Positions 53,538-54,126 of a stretch of 54,126 bases of DNA are shown piece after piece. Both the position numbers and the translations under genes were made by a program. Numbering within the stretch: the stretch's first letter is position 1; each line of letters begins with the position of its first letter. The notes under the pieces are model-generated. The model was not told the DNA's origin and made no database searches. It saw nothing but the letters and a program-made list of their open reading frames with translations. The stretch comes from Candidatus Angelobacter sp. (GTDB lineage Bacteria; Acidobacteriota; Terriglobia; Terriglobales; Acidobacteriaceae): contig DASTPO010000446.1 in assembly GCA_035762225.1 (NCBI GenBank), positions 1-54,126 of the forward strand, given 5' to 3'.

Positions 53538-54126
53538 TTATCGTTCGGTGAATAGGTGTCCCAGCTTTTCTTTCTTGGTGTTCAGGTAGCGCTCTGAGGC
53601 GGCGTGCGGCTCAACTTCACACGGGACGCGCTCCACCACTTCGATTCCCGCTGACTCCAGCGCGGCCACTTTTTGCGGGTTATTGGAGAGCAGCCTGACC
53701 TGCTTGAGTCCAAGAGCCTTCAAGACGGCGGCGGGGAGTTGAAATTCGCGATGATCGGCCTTGAAGCCGAGTTCCTCATTCGCTTGCACCGTGTCTCTTC
53801 CGTGGTCCTGCAGTTCGTATGCCTGCAGCTTAGGCATCAAGCCGATGCCGCGGCCCTCCTGAAGTTCATACAGCAGAACGCCGGAGCCGGCCTGTCCGAT
53901 CATCGCCAGCGCCATCTCCAGCTGCTGGCGGCAATCGCAGCGCAACGACCCAAAGACGTCGCCGGTGAGGCACTGGGAATGGATGCGCACCAGCGGCGGC
54001 GTGGAGTGAATGTCGCCCAGCACCATCGCCACGGCTTCTTCCTTGCGGCGGTCGCCGCCTGTGCCCGGGTTGAAATGGCCTTCAAATCCGAGAATGCGGA
54101 AGTGTCCCCAGCGCGTGGGAAAATCG
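53538..54126 (-). CDS. ribA: GTP cyclohydrolase II domain (ribA or the C-terminal half of ribBA), 5' partial
   Basis: VRIHSQCLTGDVFGSLRCDCRQQL and EGRGIGL. The frame stays open upstream of the listed Met to the window edge (DFPTRWGHFRILGFEGH...). Confidence 0.85.
   Translation of the reverse strand, partial: DFPTRWGHFRILGFEGHFNPGTGGDRRKEEAVAMVLGDIHSTPPLVRIHSQCLTGDVFGSLRCDCRQQLEMALAMIGQAGSGVLLYELQEGRGIGLMPKLQAYELQDHGRDTVQANEELGFKADHREFQLPAAVLKALGLKQVRLLSNNPQKVAALESAGIEVVERVPCEVEPHAASERYLNTKKEKLGHLFTER

Noticed and set aside
1-54126. Scan of intergenic regions for tRNA, tmRNA, RNase P, SRP or 6S RNA, riboswitch cores and transposase/integrase genes.
   Set aside because: I could find no recognisable conserved cores by eye, such as a T-loop GGTTCGAATCC or the RNase P GGAAAGTCCGG. 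Covariance-model searches (tRNAscan-SE, Infernal/Rfam) would be needed to exclude them.

Overview
High-GC bacterial chromosomal segment. It is probably from an Acidobacteriota genome, inferred only from an ADOP-type duplicated FtsX permease, a PEP-CTERM-like tail and GxxExxY cassettes. No rRNA, tRNA, CRISPR array, transposase or integrase was recognised.

Most of the window is housekeeping:
- outer-membrane biogenesis: bamA, a SurA-like chaperone, tamB, and a separate asmA
- pcm, a UbiA prenyltransferase, and hyuB
- the yceD-rpmF-plsX-fabD cluster
- a TetR-HlyD-ABC-ABC2 export operon
- tdh-kbl threonine catabolism
- the pyrR-pyrB-pyrC operon
- an HD-GYP response regulator with a GT2 gene, a CAX antiporter, cspA, a Nudix hydrolase, and the ribA end

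Five regions deserve a second look:
1. A KaiA-less kaiC-kaiB pair sits in one tight four-gene operon between two degenerate, pseudo-receiver-like CheY-fold proteins (38997-41672, minus strand). The KaiC stops right after its last core strand.
2. Convergent to that operon is a lower-GC cassette. It has an unlisted 41-aa Cys/Pro-rich secreted or lipo-peptide ORF followed by two unknown membrane proteins (37390-38970).
3. About 3.9 tandem copies of a 117-119 bp, strongly purine-skewed, GGA-dense unit lie between two convergent terminators next to cspA (50847-51300).
4. A dispersed inverted-repeat family (CGCGAATGAAC / CGCAGAT words) flanks kbl.
5. The same repeat family brackets, and partly encodes the ends of, a GxxExxY gene inserted precisely between pyrB and pyrC.

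All functional calls come from reading motifs in the supplied translations. No database search was run. Hand-derived coordinates for features not in the ORF track may be off by 1-2 nt.
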